DNA from: a virus
Virus record (IMG/VR): IMGVR_UViG_3300025168_000036
DNA: 64,000 bases
Direction: 5' to 3' (one strand)
How positions within the stretch are numbered: position 1 is the first letter of the stretch; every line of letters begins with the position of its first letter. This document shows, piece by piece, positions 39,759 to 48,312 of the stretch. Position numbers and translations under genes: made by a program. Below the pieces are notes generated by a model, which was not told the origin of the DNA, made no database searches, and saw nothing but the letters and a program-made list of their open reading frames with translations.

Positions 39759-40160
39759 TTATGAAATAATTACGACTTTCTTATTATTTTTTTTAGCTTC
39801 TGTGAGTGCATGGTTAGTTCCTCTTGCCTCGTTTCCAGTTGCTACAAATCCTATAACTACATCACAATACTTTGCTAACATAACATTTCTTATAAAGAAG
39901 TGCTTTGTATTATATTGCTTTCCGTAATATTTCTCGTTAAGTGCTGAATAAAAATTGTAGACAGTATGTGCCGGATTAAATTCAACATATTTACAGTTAA
40001 ATTCTAGTGCAAACTTCTTTGCATACCTGTCTGCACCATCTTTGCATCCGCCACTAACAATTGTTAACTTTGACCCGAACTTTTTCTGTAAGTTAAAAAT
40101 TGTGTCCTTAACCTTCTTTCTATTTTCGTATTGCCTACTTCCTATTATTCCTACTTTCAT
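39759..40160 (-). CDS. SLOG/YspA-like protein
   Basis: IIGSR, VSGGC..GAD, RN..LA..CD, GT.H motifs. Confidence 0.75.
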   Translation of the reverse strand: MKVGIIGSRQYENRKKVKDTIFNLQKKFGSKLTIVSGGCKDGADRYAKKFALEFNCKYVEFNPAHTVYNFYSALNEKYYGKQYNTKHFFIRNVMLAKYCDVVIGFVATGNEARGTNHALTEAKKNNKKVVIIS

Positions 40161-40387
40161 TTTCTATTCTTATTTCTATTTGGTCTATATATATACCATG
40201 CCCTTTCGTGAAAATAGTATAATATCATTTTTGTAAAGAGCTCAAGTCCTCCCACCTTTAGCCCAACAATTGGGTCTCCTGTAATTAGCCAACCTAATGC
40301 CATTGTGTCCAATGTTCCTATAGCTCTCCACGTAATAGTTTTAACTATGTGCCTTTTTCTTGCTGGCCAACTATTTCTTACAATCAC
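40157..40387 (-). CDS. DUF2061-like small membrane protein
   Basis: KTITWR.IGTLDT and YYFHERAW. Confidence 0.8.
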   Translation of the reverse strand: MIVRNSWPARKRHIVKTITWRAIGTLDTMALGWLITGDPIVGLKVGGLELFTKMILYYFHERAWYIYRPNRNKNRK

Positions 40388-40737
40388 AAGGAACCCTCCT
40401 TTCTCATTTGAGCTCTAATCTTTGTTGCTGAAATTTGTTCAACTTGATTAGGTGGTACGTGTTCTATAACTTCATATCCTACACCTCTACCATAATTTAC
40501 TGATTCTATGTCTGGAACTATTGTTATTTTTATTCTACCTTCATCTATTAAGCCTTTTAGCTCACTACTTAGATTTGTTAGAACCTCATGTGGTGTCCAA
40601 GGTTGATTTTCATTTGGTTTAACATCTCTTATTGCTATCCATACATTCTTACCTTCATTAAGCCTTTGATCTATTAACCATCGGTGTCCTTTGTGCCAAG
40701 GCTGCCACCTTCCTATAAACATTGAGTACTTTTTCAT
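40384..40737 (-). CDS. HIGH-type nucleotidyltransferase (cytidyltransferase-like)
   Basis: GRWQPWHKGH and ISATKIR motifs. Confidence 0.85.
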   Translation of the reverse strand: MKKYSMFIGRWQPWHKGHRWLIDQRLNEGKNVWIAIRDVKPNENQPWTPHEVLTNLSSELKGLIDEGRIKITIVPDIESVNYGRGVGYEVIEHVPPNQVEQISATKIRAQMRKEGSL

Positions 40738-41495
40738 ATCCCTTTATCCCTTTTTACATTTATTGCTATTGCTCTTTTGCCAGACTTATTTGGGTCCATA
40801 TCATTTATAATATATCTAGGGCCTCTTTCAATACCCATAATTAATTTATCATATGGGATTCCACTTTTTGTTAGCTCACCTATCGTAAGCCCCTTTAATG
40901 TCTCTGGTCTAGCAGTTGTTAATATTATCATATGGCCATCATCATACCATTCATTTAACTTATCCACTGTTGCCTTTATTGGTTCTGCATCTGTAGATTC
41001 ATATGTTTCAAATTTTCTGTACTTAAATATTGTTCCATCAATGTCGCAGAAGTATGTATTTTTCTTCTTTCTATTAAATTCAATACCTTCAAGGCACTCA
41101 TCAAGTGTCGGAGAGCCTGTTGTATCAATATCTATAAAGTGCTCTATTGGCTTTTCATAATCTTGTGCAAAATATTTCTCTCTTCCCCTTATATCAGTTG
41201 TGTGTACATATATCTCAGTGACATCATTTGTCTCTTTTAATTCATCTCTCATATCTCTATAAGGTGCAACTACTGACACTACTGGTGTAAACCCTTTATT
41301 GTCTAGGAATCTACAAAGGTCTAGTACTGACCTTATATTCTTTCTCCTACCTTCTGGACTATAATTAAAATTTTGAAATAGATCCCTTAATCCATCTCCA
41401 TCTATGTGAATACAATTATCACTACATCTATCTATAAGTGCTTTTGCTAATGTTGTCTTTCCAGCTCCTGGCTGGCCTGTAAACCAATATATCAT
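40734..41495 (-). CDS. cysC: adenylylsulfate kinase fused to a HAD domain
   Basis: WFTGQPGAGKTT, DGD.LR, R..NI, YEKP; C-terminal DIDGT, TAR and ND motifs. Confidence 0.85.
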   Translation of the reverse strand: MIYWFTGQPGAGKTTLAKALIDRCSDNCIHIDGDGLRDLFQNFNYSPEGRRKNIRSVLDLCRFLDNKGFTPVVSVVAPYRDMRDELKETNDVTEIYVHTTDIRGREKYFAQDYEKPIEHFIDIDTTGSPTLDECLEGIEFNRKKKNTYFCDIDGTIFKYRKFETYESTDAEPIKATVDKLNEWYDDGHMIILTTARPETLKGLTIGELTKSGIPYDKLIMGIERGPRYIINDMDPNKSGKRAIAINVKRDKGI

Positions 41496-42409
41496 TTTAC
41501 TAACTTTCTATTTTGTTTTGGGCACAATTCATAATTTTTCTTGAATGAACAGTATGTGCAACCTGTTCTTAGTGCTGGATAGTTTGCATCTTTATTGTGC
41601 TTTCCATCATCTGTAAATGCGTGGGCTATAAATTCAGTTAATAGCTTTTTTGTTTTATTCATAGAGACCTTACCATGTGGAGGTCTATATTGTTGTATCC
41701 TTTTTTGGGGGAAGTCAAAGTTTTCATATAGCTTTCTTTTGACTATAAAGTATTCTATGTTTATATTTTCCTCTGGTACATCATATTGCTTTGAGAAATA
41801 CCTTTTGTATATTCTAAGCTGATCACCTTCTGCCTTTTTCTTTTTTGCCTTCCAACCAAACATTGAAGTTTTAATGTCATATATTGTAATTGTGTCACCT
41901 TGCTTCATTACAATATCTGCAAAACCCATTAACATTATATTTGAGTTGTCATCACTTTCGCATAAAATTGGTATTTCAACACCAAGTAGTTCTGTATTCT
42001 TTTTTGAAAAATATGCACCTCGCCTTTTCTTAAAGTAGTCTATAATTAATACACCTTCATCATAGAATTCTTGCATTTCTGCAGGATCAGAAAAATGGCC
42101 ACCAGTGTCTTTTACTGCTTTTTTATATTCTGTTGCCATACATTCTTTTAACATCTTTTCAGAGTCGAATGCATTTGCTGCGACAGCAGTTTTTTCATAC
42201 ATTGTTGTTAAGTATTGTTGTAATACCTCATGCATTGCCGTACCAAATACTAGAAACATAGAAGGTATAAATTCTCTGTGTTTGTCAATATATGTAAGCT
42301 TCCATTGTAGTGGGCAACCTTTATACATATTTAACTGGCTGTATGAGATGGTCTTTTTCCCCATCATTCTGGCCTTTATAGCTAAGTCTTTTGGTGTTTT
42401 TATTTGCAT
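41492..42409 (-). CDS. PD-(D/E)XK RecB/Cas4-like exonuclease
   Basis: SYSQL..Y..CP, FGTAMH, GFAD...YDIKT, QL..Y, CTYC..C. Confidence 0.85.
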   Translation of the reverse strand: MQIKTPKDLAIKARMMGKKTISYSQLNMYKGCPLQWKLTYIDKHREFIPSMFLVFGTAMHEVLQQYLTTMYEKTAVAANAFDSEKMLKECMATEYKKAVKDTGGHFSDPAEMQEFYDEGVLIIDYFKKRRGAYFSKKNTELLGVEIPILCESDDNSNIMLMGFADIVMKQGDTITIYDIKTSMFGWKAKKKKAEGDQLRIYKRYFSKQYDVPEENINIEYFIVKRKLYENFDFPQKRIQQYRPPHGKVSMNKTKKLLTEFIAHAFTDDGKHNKDANYPALRTGCTYCSFKKNYELCPKQNRKLVK

Positions 42410-42414
42410 ATATA

Positions 42415-42477
42415 AATATAATAAAAATAACGCAAGAAAAAAAATTTCTAACGTAAAATGCTAAAAAGTTATTAACA
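42415..42477 (-). promoter_or_regulatory. phage promoter with TGTTAATAACTT box
   Basis: TTATATT core, ACGT and box as at 3732, 12081 and 51828. Confidence 0.65.
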
Positions 42478-42479
42478 AT

Positions 42480-43139
42480 TTATTTTAATTTTGACCAGTT
42501 AACTGGTGCTACATAAGGTGGAGATCCTGGATGTGGTCCTGTCCATATTCCTTTTATTTGATCAAGATGTTTAACTACAGAGTCTGTATATTTTTGAGCT
42601 ACAGTCTTATATCGCTTTGATGTAAATGCATCATATATCTCAGATGCCATCTTAATTGGTGTACCTGGGAATACAATCATATTAGATATTCCAGGAAGGA
42701 AGCCAGGACTGTGTGGTATTACAGGCAAGAATGACTGGCCAGTCCAGTATGTAATAATTGCAGTTGCAGGTAATAAATACGGTGGCTTACCTAGATTAGC
42801 TGGGACCTTAGCCTGCATTTCAAAGCACTTCTTCCATGCGCTAAATAAGACCTTTACCTTACCTCCAGTAAATTGATACTTACCAGTTACTGCATCCCAT
42901 TTCCAATCATTAGGTGGCTTTGCCTCATCTTCTCCTCTAGCTTGCTTATCTTGGTCTCCCCACCCATTATCCCAACTTGTTGTTCTTATTGCAATATTTC
43001 CAACTGGGTCCATAGCTGGTATTCCTATATTTCTATGATAACTTGTAGCTAAAAATGTTGCACACTGGTCAATGCCTTCTGACTTACCTTCACTTAGATA
43101 AGTTTCTACCTCACTTCTTAGCTGTCTATCTTTAATCAT
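42480..43139 (-). CDS. hypothetical protein
   Basis: ORF. Confidence 0.6.
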   Translation of the reverse strand: MIKDRQLRSEVETYLSEGKSEGIDQCATFLATSYHRNIGIPAMDPVGNIAIRTTSWDNGWGDQDKQARGEDEAKPPNDWKWDAVTGKYQFTGGKVKVLFSAWKKCFEMQAKVPANLGKPPYLLPATAIITYWTGQSFLPVIPHSPGFLPGISNMIVFPGTPIKMASEIYDAFTSKRYKTVAQKYTDSVVKHLDQIKGIWTGPHPGSPPYVAPVNWSKLK

Positions 43140-43140
43140 T

Positions 43141-43347
43141 TTATTTCTGCCTGGTCTTTTCTATAAGTTTATCAAGGTATTGCTTTGCCTTAAGAAGGTC
43201 TTCAATACCATTCTTATGCTTCCATCTTGTAACATACTTTATTATATTACCTTCAAAGAAGTCAAGGTTATGAGAGTGGGCATATTCCCACATCTCTATT
43301 CCCCTTGTATAATGAAGAGGGTGTTTTACGTTATCATTTTTAGACAA
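43141..43347 (-). CDS. DUF3310-like protein
   Basis: HP.HY, GNIIKYV.RW..KNG.EDL.KA..YL. Confidence 0.88.
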   Translation of the reverse strand: MSKNDNVKHPLHYTRGIEMWEYAHSHNLDFFEGNIIKYVTRWKHKNGIEDLLKAKQYLDKLIEKTRQK

Positions 43348-43588
43348 GCTTTAACCCTTTATCATCCTTTTTCTTCTTAGGTAGAAATGCATCATTTATG
43401 TGGCCACATTCATCACACTTAAATATTTGCATAGGTACTAAGCTTTTCTTTCCATTTGGTGATACTACTGCAGACACTTCCTTAAATAAAAATACTGGCA
43501 CAAATGTTTGGTTTTGACACTTATCACAGCAAACGTCTTTCATGTCTTCTGGTTTTATATTTAATTTCATATTGCCTGTATTATCCAT
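43340..43588 (-). CDS. zinc-ribbon protein
   Basis: CDKC and CDECGH. Confidence 0.65.
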   Translation of the reverse strand: MDNTGNMKLNIKPEDMKDVCCDKCQNQTFVPVFLFKEVSAVVSPNGKKSLVPMQIFKCDECGHINDAFLPKKKKDDKGLKLV

Positions 43589-43817
43589 CAGTTTTCTCGC
43601 CTTCTTCTTGCTTTGGTATCATAGAGATAATTAAGCTAATCTTTTCTTCTGCTTCTGCAATTTTTGATATTGCCTTATCCATTTCATCTAATATCTGTGG
43701 GTGTTCTCCTACTCCTACAGATTGATTAGTATAAAGATTTAATATTGCTATTCCTTCTGCTTTTTGTGCCTGATATCTTTTAACCAATGCATCTAAAAGT
43801 TGTTGTGCTTGAGTCAT
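43581..43817 (-). CDS. hypothetical phage protein
   Basis: VGVGEHP motif, helical. Confidence 0.65.
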   Translation of the reverse strand: MTQAQQLLDALVKRYQAQKAEGIAILNLYTNQSVGVGEHPQILDEMDKAISKIAEAEEKISLIISMIPKQEEGEKTDG

Positions 43818-43828
43818 ATTTTCTCTCC

Positions 43829-45487
43829 TTACATCATTCCAAATCCACCACCCATTGGTTGGGCAGCTTCTTCTTCATTGTTATTTTCATTAATAATTAT
43901 ACACTCAGTTGTTAAAATTGTACCTGCAACTGAAACAGCTTTTTCTAATGCAACTCTTGTTACTTTTGCTGGATCAATAATACCAGATTTCATCATATCA
44001 ACAACTTGTTCTGTTCTTGCATCAAAGCCCATAGTAAAAGGTACAGAGTCTTCATCTGACATTCCATCAAATGCATGAATCTCATTCCAGATATTTGCTG
44101 CATCAAGGCCTGCATTTTTCATAATGATTTCAAATGGCTCTTGTACTGCTTCCATCACAATTCTATAGCCTGTAATTTGGTCCTCATTTTCAAATACATC
44201 ATCAACAACATCATCATCAAAGCAACTTCTTAGTGCAATTCCTCCACCAGGTACTATACCTTCATCAAGTGCAGCCCTAGTAGCATGTAATGCATCCTCA
44301 ACTCTGTCCTTCTTTTCCTTCATTTCAATTTCTGATTCAGCACCTATTTTAAGAATTGCTACACCTCCAGCCATCTTTCCAACTCTTTGCTGATATACTT
44401 CTTTTTCATAGTCTGAGTCTGATGTTTCAAGTAGTACCTTAATCTCGTTTACTCTATTTGCTATTGATTCTGGGTCACCTGCACCATCAACTATTGTTGT
44501 TGACTTTCCACTAACAGTTACTGTTTTTGCACTACCTGCAAAGTCTGATACATTAATAGTATCTAGTTTATGACCTTTATTCTTACTTATTACTGTTCCT
44601 CCAGTAATTGTTGCAATATCCTCAAGCAATTGAGTTCTCTTTTCACCAAATTCAGGTGCCTTTACTGCAGCAACCTTAAGTGTTCCCCTTGCCTTATTTA
44701 CAATAAGTCCAGCTAGTGCCTCGCCTTCAACATCATGAGCAACTATTAATAGTGGCTTGTCTTGTGCGATTGCAGCTTCTAATGGTTTTACTAACTCTTT
44801 AAGTGTTTGAATCTTTTTGTCAACCAATAATATCCATGGGTCTTCAAATTGTGCATGCATGTGATTATTATCTGTAACAAAGTATGGTGATATATAACCT
44901 CTATCAAATTGAACACCTTCTACTGTTTCAAGGTATGTATCATTTGTTCTAGACTCCTCTACTGTAATTACACCTTCTCTTCCTACTTTATCCATTGCAG
45001 TTGCAATTAACTTACCAACCTCAGCATCATTGTTTGCTGAAATTGTAGCCACCTGTTCTATTTCTTCTTGAGAAGAGATATCTGTTGCTATATCATCAAG
45101 CTTTTCTACTACTGAAGTTACCCCAATATCCATTCCCCTTTTTATATCAACTGGATTAGCCTTTAGTTCTGTGATACAATTAAAACCTCTTCTTAGTATT
45201 GAATTTGCTAATACAGTGGCTGTAGTTGTTCCATCACCTGCCTCATCGTTAACTTGATTTGCAACCTCTTTTACCATTTGTGCACCTGCATTTTCAACTT
45301 CATCTTCCAAAAATACTTCCTTTGCAACAGAAACACCATCTTTTGTTGATACAAACTCACCATTTTTTTCAAGAATTACATTTCTACCTTTAGGTCCTAA
45401 AGTTGCACTAACTGCTGTTGAAAGTTTTTGAACACCTTTTCCAATTAGGCTTCTTGCATCTTCGTTAAATTCAATTCTTTTCTTCAT
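43829..45487 (-). CDS. groL: chaperonin GroEL
   Basis: [44 protein letters not shown]-like tail. Confidence 0.97.
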   Translation of the reverse strand: MKKRIEFNEDARSLIGKGVQKLSTAVSATLGPKGRNVILEKNGEFVSTKDGVSVAKEVFLEDEVENAGAQMVKEVANQVNDEAGDGTTTATVLANSILRRGFNCITELKANPVDIKRGMDIGVTSVVEKLDDIATDISSQEEIEQVATISANNDAEVGKLIATAMDKVGREGVITVEESRTNDTYLETVEGVQFDRGYISPYFVTDNNHMHAQFEDPWILLVDKKIQTLKELVKPLEAAIAQDKPLLIVAHDVEGEALAGLIVNKARGTLKVAAVKAPEFGEKRTQLLEDIATITGGTVISKNKGHKLDTINVSDFAGSAKTVTVSGKSTTIVDGAGDPESIANRVNEIKVLLETSDSDYEKEVYQQRVGKMAGGVAILKIGAESEIEMKEKKDRVEDALHATRAALDEGIVPGGGIALRSCFDDDVVDDVFENEDQITGYRIVMEAVQEPFEIIMKNAGLDAANIWNEIHAFDGMSDEDSVPFTMGFDARTEQVVDMMKSGIIDPAKVTRVALEKAVSVAGTILTTECIIINENNNEEEAAQPMGGGFGMM

Positions 45488-45780
45488 TATTTTGTCTCCT
45501 TATAAATTGTTAAAATTTCATCTTCTCTACATACGATGAACTCTTCTCTATTAACTTCAAGTCTTTTAGCTGAAAATTTTGGATAGTATACTACATCGCC
45601 TACCTTACATTGCATATGACCTCTTTTTCCAGTATTTAGTAGTGGGCCGGGACCTACTGCTAATACTTCGCCTTTAAGTGATACTTCTGCATCAACTTCT
45701 GGCATAATTACTCCACCTGATGTCATTTCATCTGGTTCTAATCCTTTTAATACTACATTTCCTCCTGTTGGTGTAAACAT
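45487..45780 (-). CDS. groS: co-chaperonin GroES
   Basis: TSGGVIMP, GEVLAVGPG, KVGD.V. Confidence 0.93.
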   Translation of the reverse strand: MFTPTGGNVVLKGLEPDEMTSGGVIMPEVDAEVSLKGEVLAVGPGPLLNTGKRGHMQCKVGDVVYYPKFSAKRLEVNREEFIVCREDEILTIYKETK

Positions 45781-46499
45781 TATATTGCCTCCTTATCTTT
45801 AATTCTTAATTTATTTTCTATTTCATGTGAGCTTCTTACACATGATATTCCTAATTGGTCTTTCATTACTTCTGGTGTTGTGCAAGACTGGTTAAAGCTT
45901 GCAAAATCTGTTTTACTTGGGAACCTTCCACAACCTGCAAATAGACACCCAAATGCATTTGATAAATAATCTGCAGCTGCGTAGTCACACTTTCCTATTA
46001 AGTCACATCCTGGCTTGAAGCTTTTTGCAGCTTCAATTCCCATATCGATCATCTTCTCTCTTAATAGCCAATGTAAACCTACAATAAACTCTTCCTCGCA
46101 AAACTTAAGCCTTCTCATCATCTGTCCTCTAAGAGAATTAATATTTTGCTCAACTACGTATGTACATTCTCTTGACATTAAATTAAACAATTCAGGATTT
46201 TCGCTTTCAGATACTCTGTGCTTTTCCAGTTCAGATAGCGTTTTTATGGTTTTGTCGCGAAAGTCTGAGTTCTTCTCCATTAACTCATATACCTGAGTAT
46301 AAACCACATATGTTGGGTTTGGATTAACCTCATATTGCTTAAATTTAATTCCTACTCTAGCCCTTGAATGTTGATCATATTGGCAAATTGGTGTCCCTTT
46401 TACTCTATATGTTATCATACCAGAAGCCTGATGCCAATTCAAAATGTCTACTTCTAGACCTTTCACTCCACACTTTATTTCAATGTTATTAACTTTCAT
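45780..46499 (-). CDS. ThyX-fold protein B (keeps QxxRxR, lacks the SxR motif; Cys-rich tail)
   Basis: ITYRVKGTPI..YDQHSRAR and N..SL.....RR align by eye with ThyX. Confidence 0.6.
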   Translation of the reverse strand: MKVNNIEIKCGVKGLEVDILNWHQASGMITYRVKGTPICQYDQHSRARVGIKFKQYEVNPNPTYVVYTQVYELMEKNSDFRDKTIKTLSELEKHRVSESENPELFNLMSRECTYVVEQNINSLRGQMMRRLKFCEEEFIVGLHWLLREKMIDMGIEAAKSFKPGCDLIGKCDYAAADYLSNAFGCLFAGCGRFPSKTDFASFNQSCTTPEVMKDQLGISCVRSSHEIENKLRIKDKEAI

Positions 46500-47307
46500 A
46501 AAATAATTCTTTATCCTTTTTGCTTAAATCTTCAAATTTATATTCTCTTATCTTATGTAATACAACATCTGTATTTTCAAATATTACACTCAGATATAAA
46601 CCTATAAATGGGAATTGTTTTTCAACAACACTTACAAGTTCTTTATAGAGTATTGCCAATGACTGCTCTTTTACATTATCACCAAACTTTCCTGATGCAT
46701 TGAATCCTCTCATTGATACTAATGAAAGTAAATTTTGGCCAAAATGATATGAGTGTTGATAGCTTTGTGGTAAGAATGTTCTACCAGACTGCCAACTTGA
46801 TTGATCTTCATTTAATACATCTGCATATATTTGCTTTAAGTCATTAAATGTTTTCTTTTCTTCTGATGATAGTTTTCTTTTGCCTACAGTAATAATGTCT
46901 ACATCAGACTTATTATTGTCTCTGCATCCTATACTCATAAAACTTGTGAATGGGGTCTGAGTGTGGTAGTCAAATAGCCATCTTGGTACACCTCTTACTC
47001 TGAATATAAATTGTACCATTTCTCTTGCTTGTGGTAGTGTATTGTGAGTCAATACAGCTTTTACAACCTCAAACTTACCTTCAGGAGTTGTTTCTGGCCA
47101 TTTTTGCTTAAACTTATTGTCACCCCAAGTAGAAGTACTTGTCACAAACATTGACTTATAAGGATTTGTCATGTGGTCTTCTAATGTGACCTCAACCTCA
47201 TCAATCATATCGTGAAATTCAGTAACAACTGGTGGCCTCTCTTCTGGGAGAGTTCCCATAACTTTTCTTAGGTTTTCTACAACCTCGTAACTTAATTTAT
47301 CTTCCAT
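46489..47307 (-). CDS. ThyX-fold protein A (keeps xCRD and R..LP, lacks RHR)
   Basis: EMVQFIFRVRGVPR, SIGCRD and GRTFLPQ...QNL.SL align by eye with ThyX. Confidence 0.7.
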   Translation of the reverse strand: MEDKLSYEVVENLRKVMGTLPEERPPVVTEFHDMIDEVEVTLEDHMTNPYKSMFVTSTSTWGDNKFKQKWPETTPEGKFEVVKAVLTHNTLPQAREMVQFIFRVRGVPRWLFDYHTQTPFTSFMSIGCRDNNKSDVDIITVGKRKLSSEEKKTFNDLKQIYADVLNEDQSSWQSGRTFLPQSYQHSYHFGQNLLSLVSMRGFNASGKFGDNVKEQSLAILYKELVSVVEKQFPFIGLYLSVIFENTDVVLHKIREYKFEDLSKKDKELFYES

Positions 47308-47343
47308 AATTTTATATAACCTTTATAATATAATAAATATCTC

Positions 47344-48312
47344 TTAAATATAAAAATGTAACGAATCAAATTTTATATTTATTTTAATATTTTCTACTTT
47401 AGTATTTTTATCAAACCAGATTTTTATCATTTTGCATATAGATATAAAGTCATGGTTAAATAGCCCTACGTTTGAGGACCTAAAGTTTACACTTACATTT
47501 AATGTATTATTTCTAAGTAGAATATGAACATATGACAGGCACTCATCATCTGTAAATACAAATCTTCTACTATGTGAGTCTTCCTTCTTTCCATAGTATC
47601 CTGATAGCTCTGATTCTATCTTTTTTGTGAATTTAGCTAATTGGAATTTATAACTGTCAACTTCAAGCTGCATATAGTCATTTATATTCTCCAACCCTGT
47701 ATATAGATCTTTTGATGCCCAACTTTCCACATCGTCATAAGACATATCTAAATCCATCTTATAATTTATAAGCTCCTTAGTACCACCAACACTAGCTCCG
47801 TATTCCTGTAATGCAGTCATTGCTGTTCCTATTTGGTGCTCTGGGCTTAATAAAAATTCATTATACATTTCTATAATGCCATTAATTCTTTTTGCAATAG
47901 ATCCTGGATCATCCTCTCCATCTATTACCCAAAAGTTTCTATGCTTTTCAAATCTAATGCATAGATCTTTATATATTCTTGCCACATGCTTTATTGACGA
48001 CCAAGACTGGAATTCATCTCCCCTATTACAATATCTCCTATGCAACTCTGCCTCACTAATGTCAAAATAGAAAACTATATTGTCATTAAGATAAGATATA
48101 AACTCATGTTCTCTTTCTTCATTATTGTCGAATCTGTTATGTAGCATGCCGTAAGCCATTATTGACATCAAGCCTCTATCGTTTAAGAGGACGTCATAGT
48201 CGTTGCCAGATTGTATAATTTCCCAAACCTTTTGGTATTGAGTTGTCTTACCTGAACAGTCAGGTCCTTCAAATATCAATTGTAGTCTTTTATTCATCAT
48301 TAAACCTTTCAT
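47344..48312 (-). CDS. dNMP kinase fused to a ThyA/dCMP-hydroxymethylase-like domain
   Basis: EGPDCSGKTT and DR..SIMAY; C-terminal SRR..C...LLR..LN..VNFRSS.....HDF...SLHFY. Confidence 0.75.
   Translation of the reverse strand: MKGLMMNKRLQLIFEGPDCSGKTTQYQKVWEIIQSGNDYDVLLNDRGLMSIMAYGMLHNRFDNNEEREHEFISYLNDNIVFYFDISEAELHRRYCNRGDEFQSWSSIKHVARIYKDLCIRFEKHRNFWVIDGEDDPGSIAKRINGIIEMYNEFLLSPEHQIGTAMTALQEYGASVGGTKELINYKMDLDMSYDDVESWASKDLYTGLENINDYMQLEVDSYKFQLAKFTKKIESELSGYYGKKEDSHSRRFVFTDDECLSYVHILLRNNTLNVSVNFRSSNVGLFNHDFISICKMIKIWFDKNTKVENIKINIKFDSLHFYI

Noticed and set aside
41492-42409. Cas4 as evidence of a CRISPR system
   Set aside because: No cas1/cas2 or array nearby; standalone RecB/Cas4-like nucleases are common in phages
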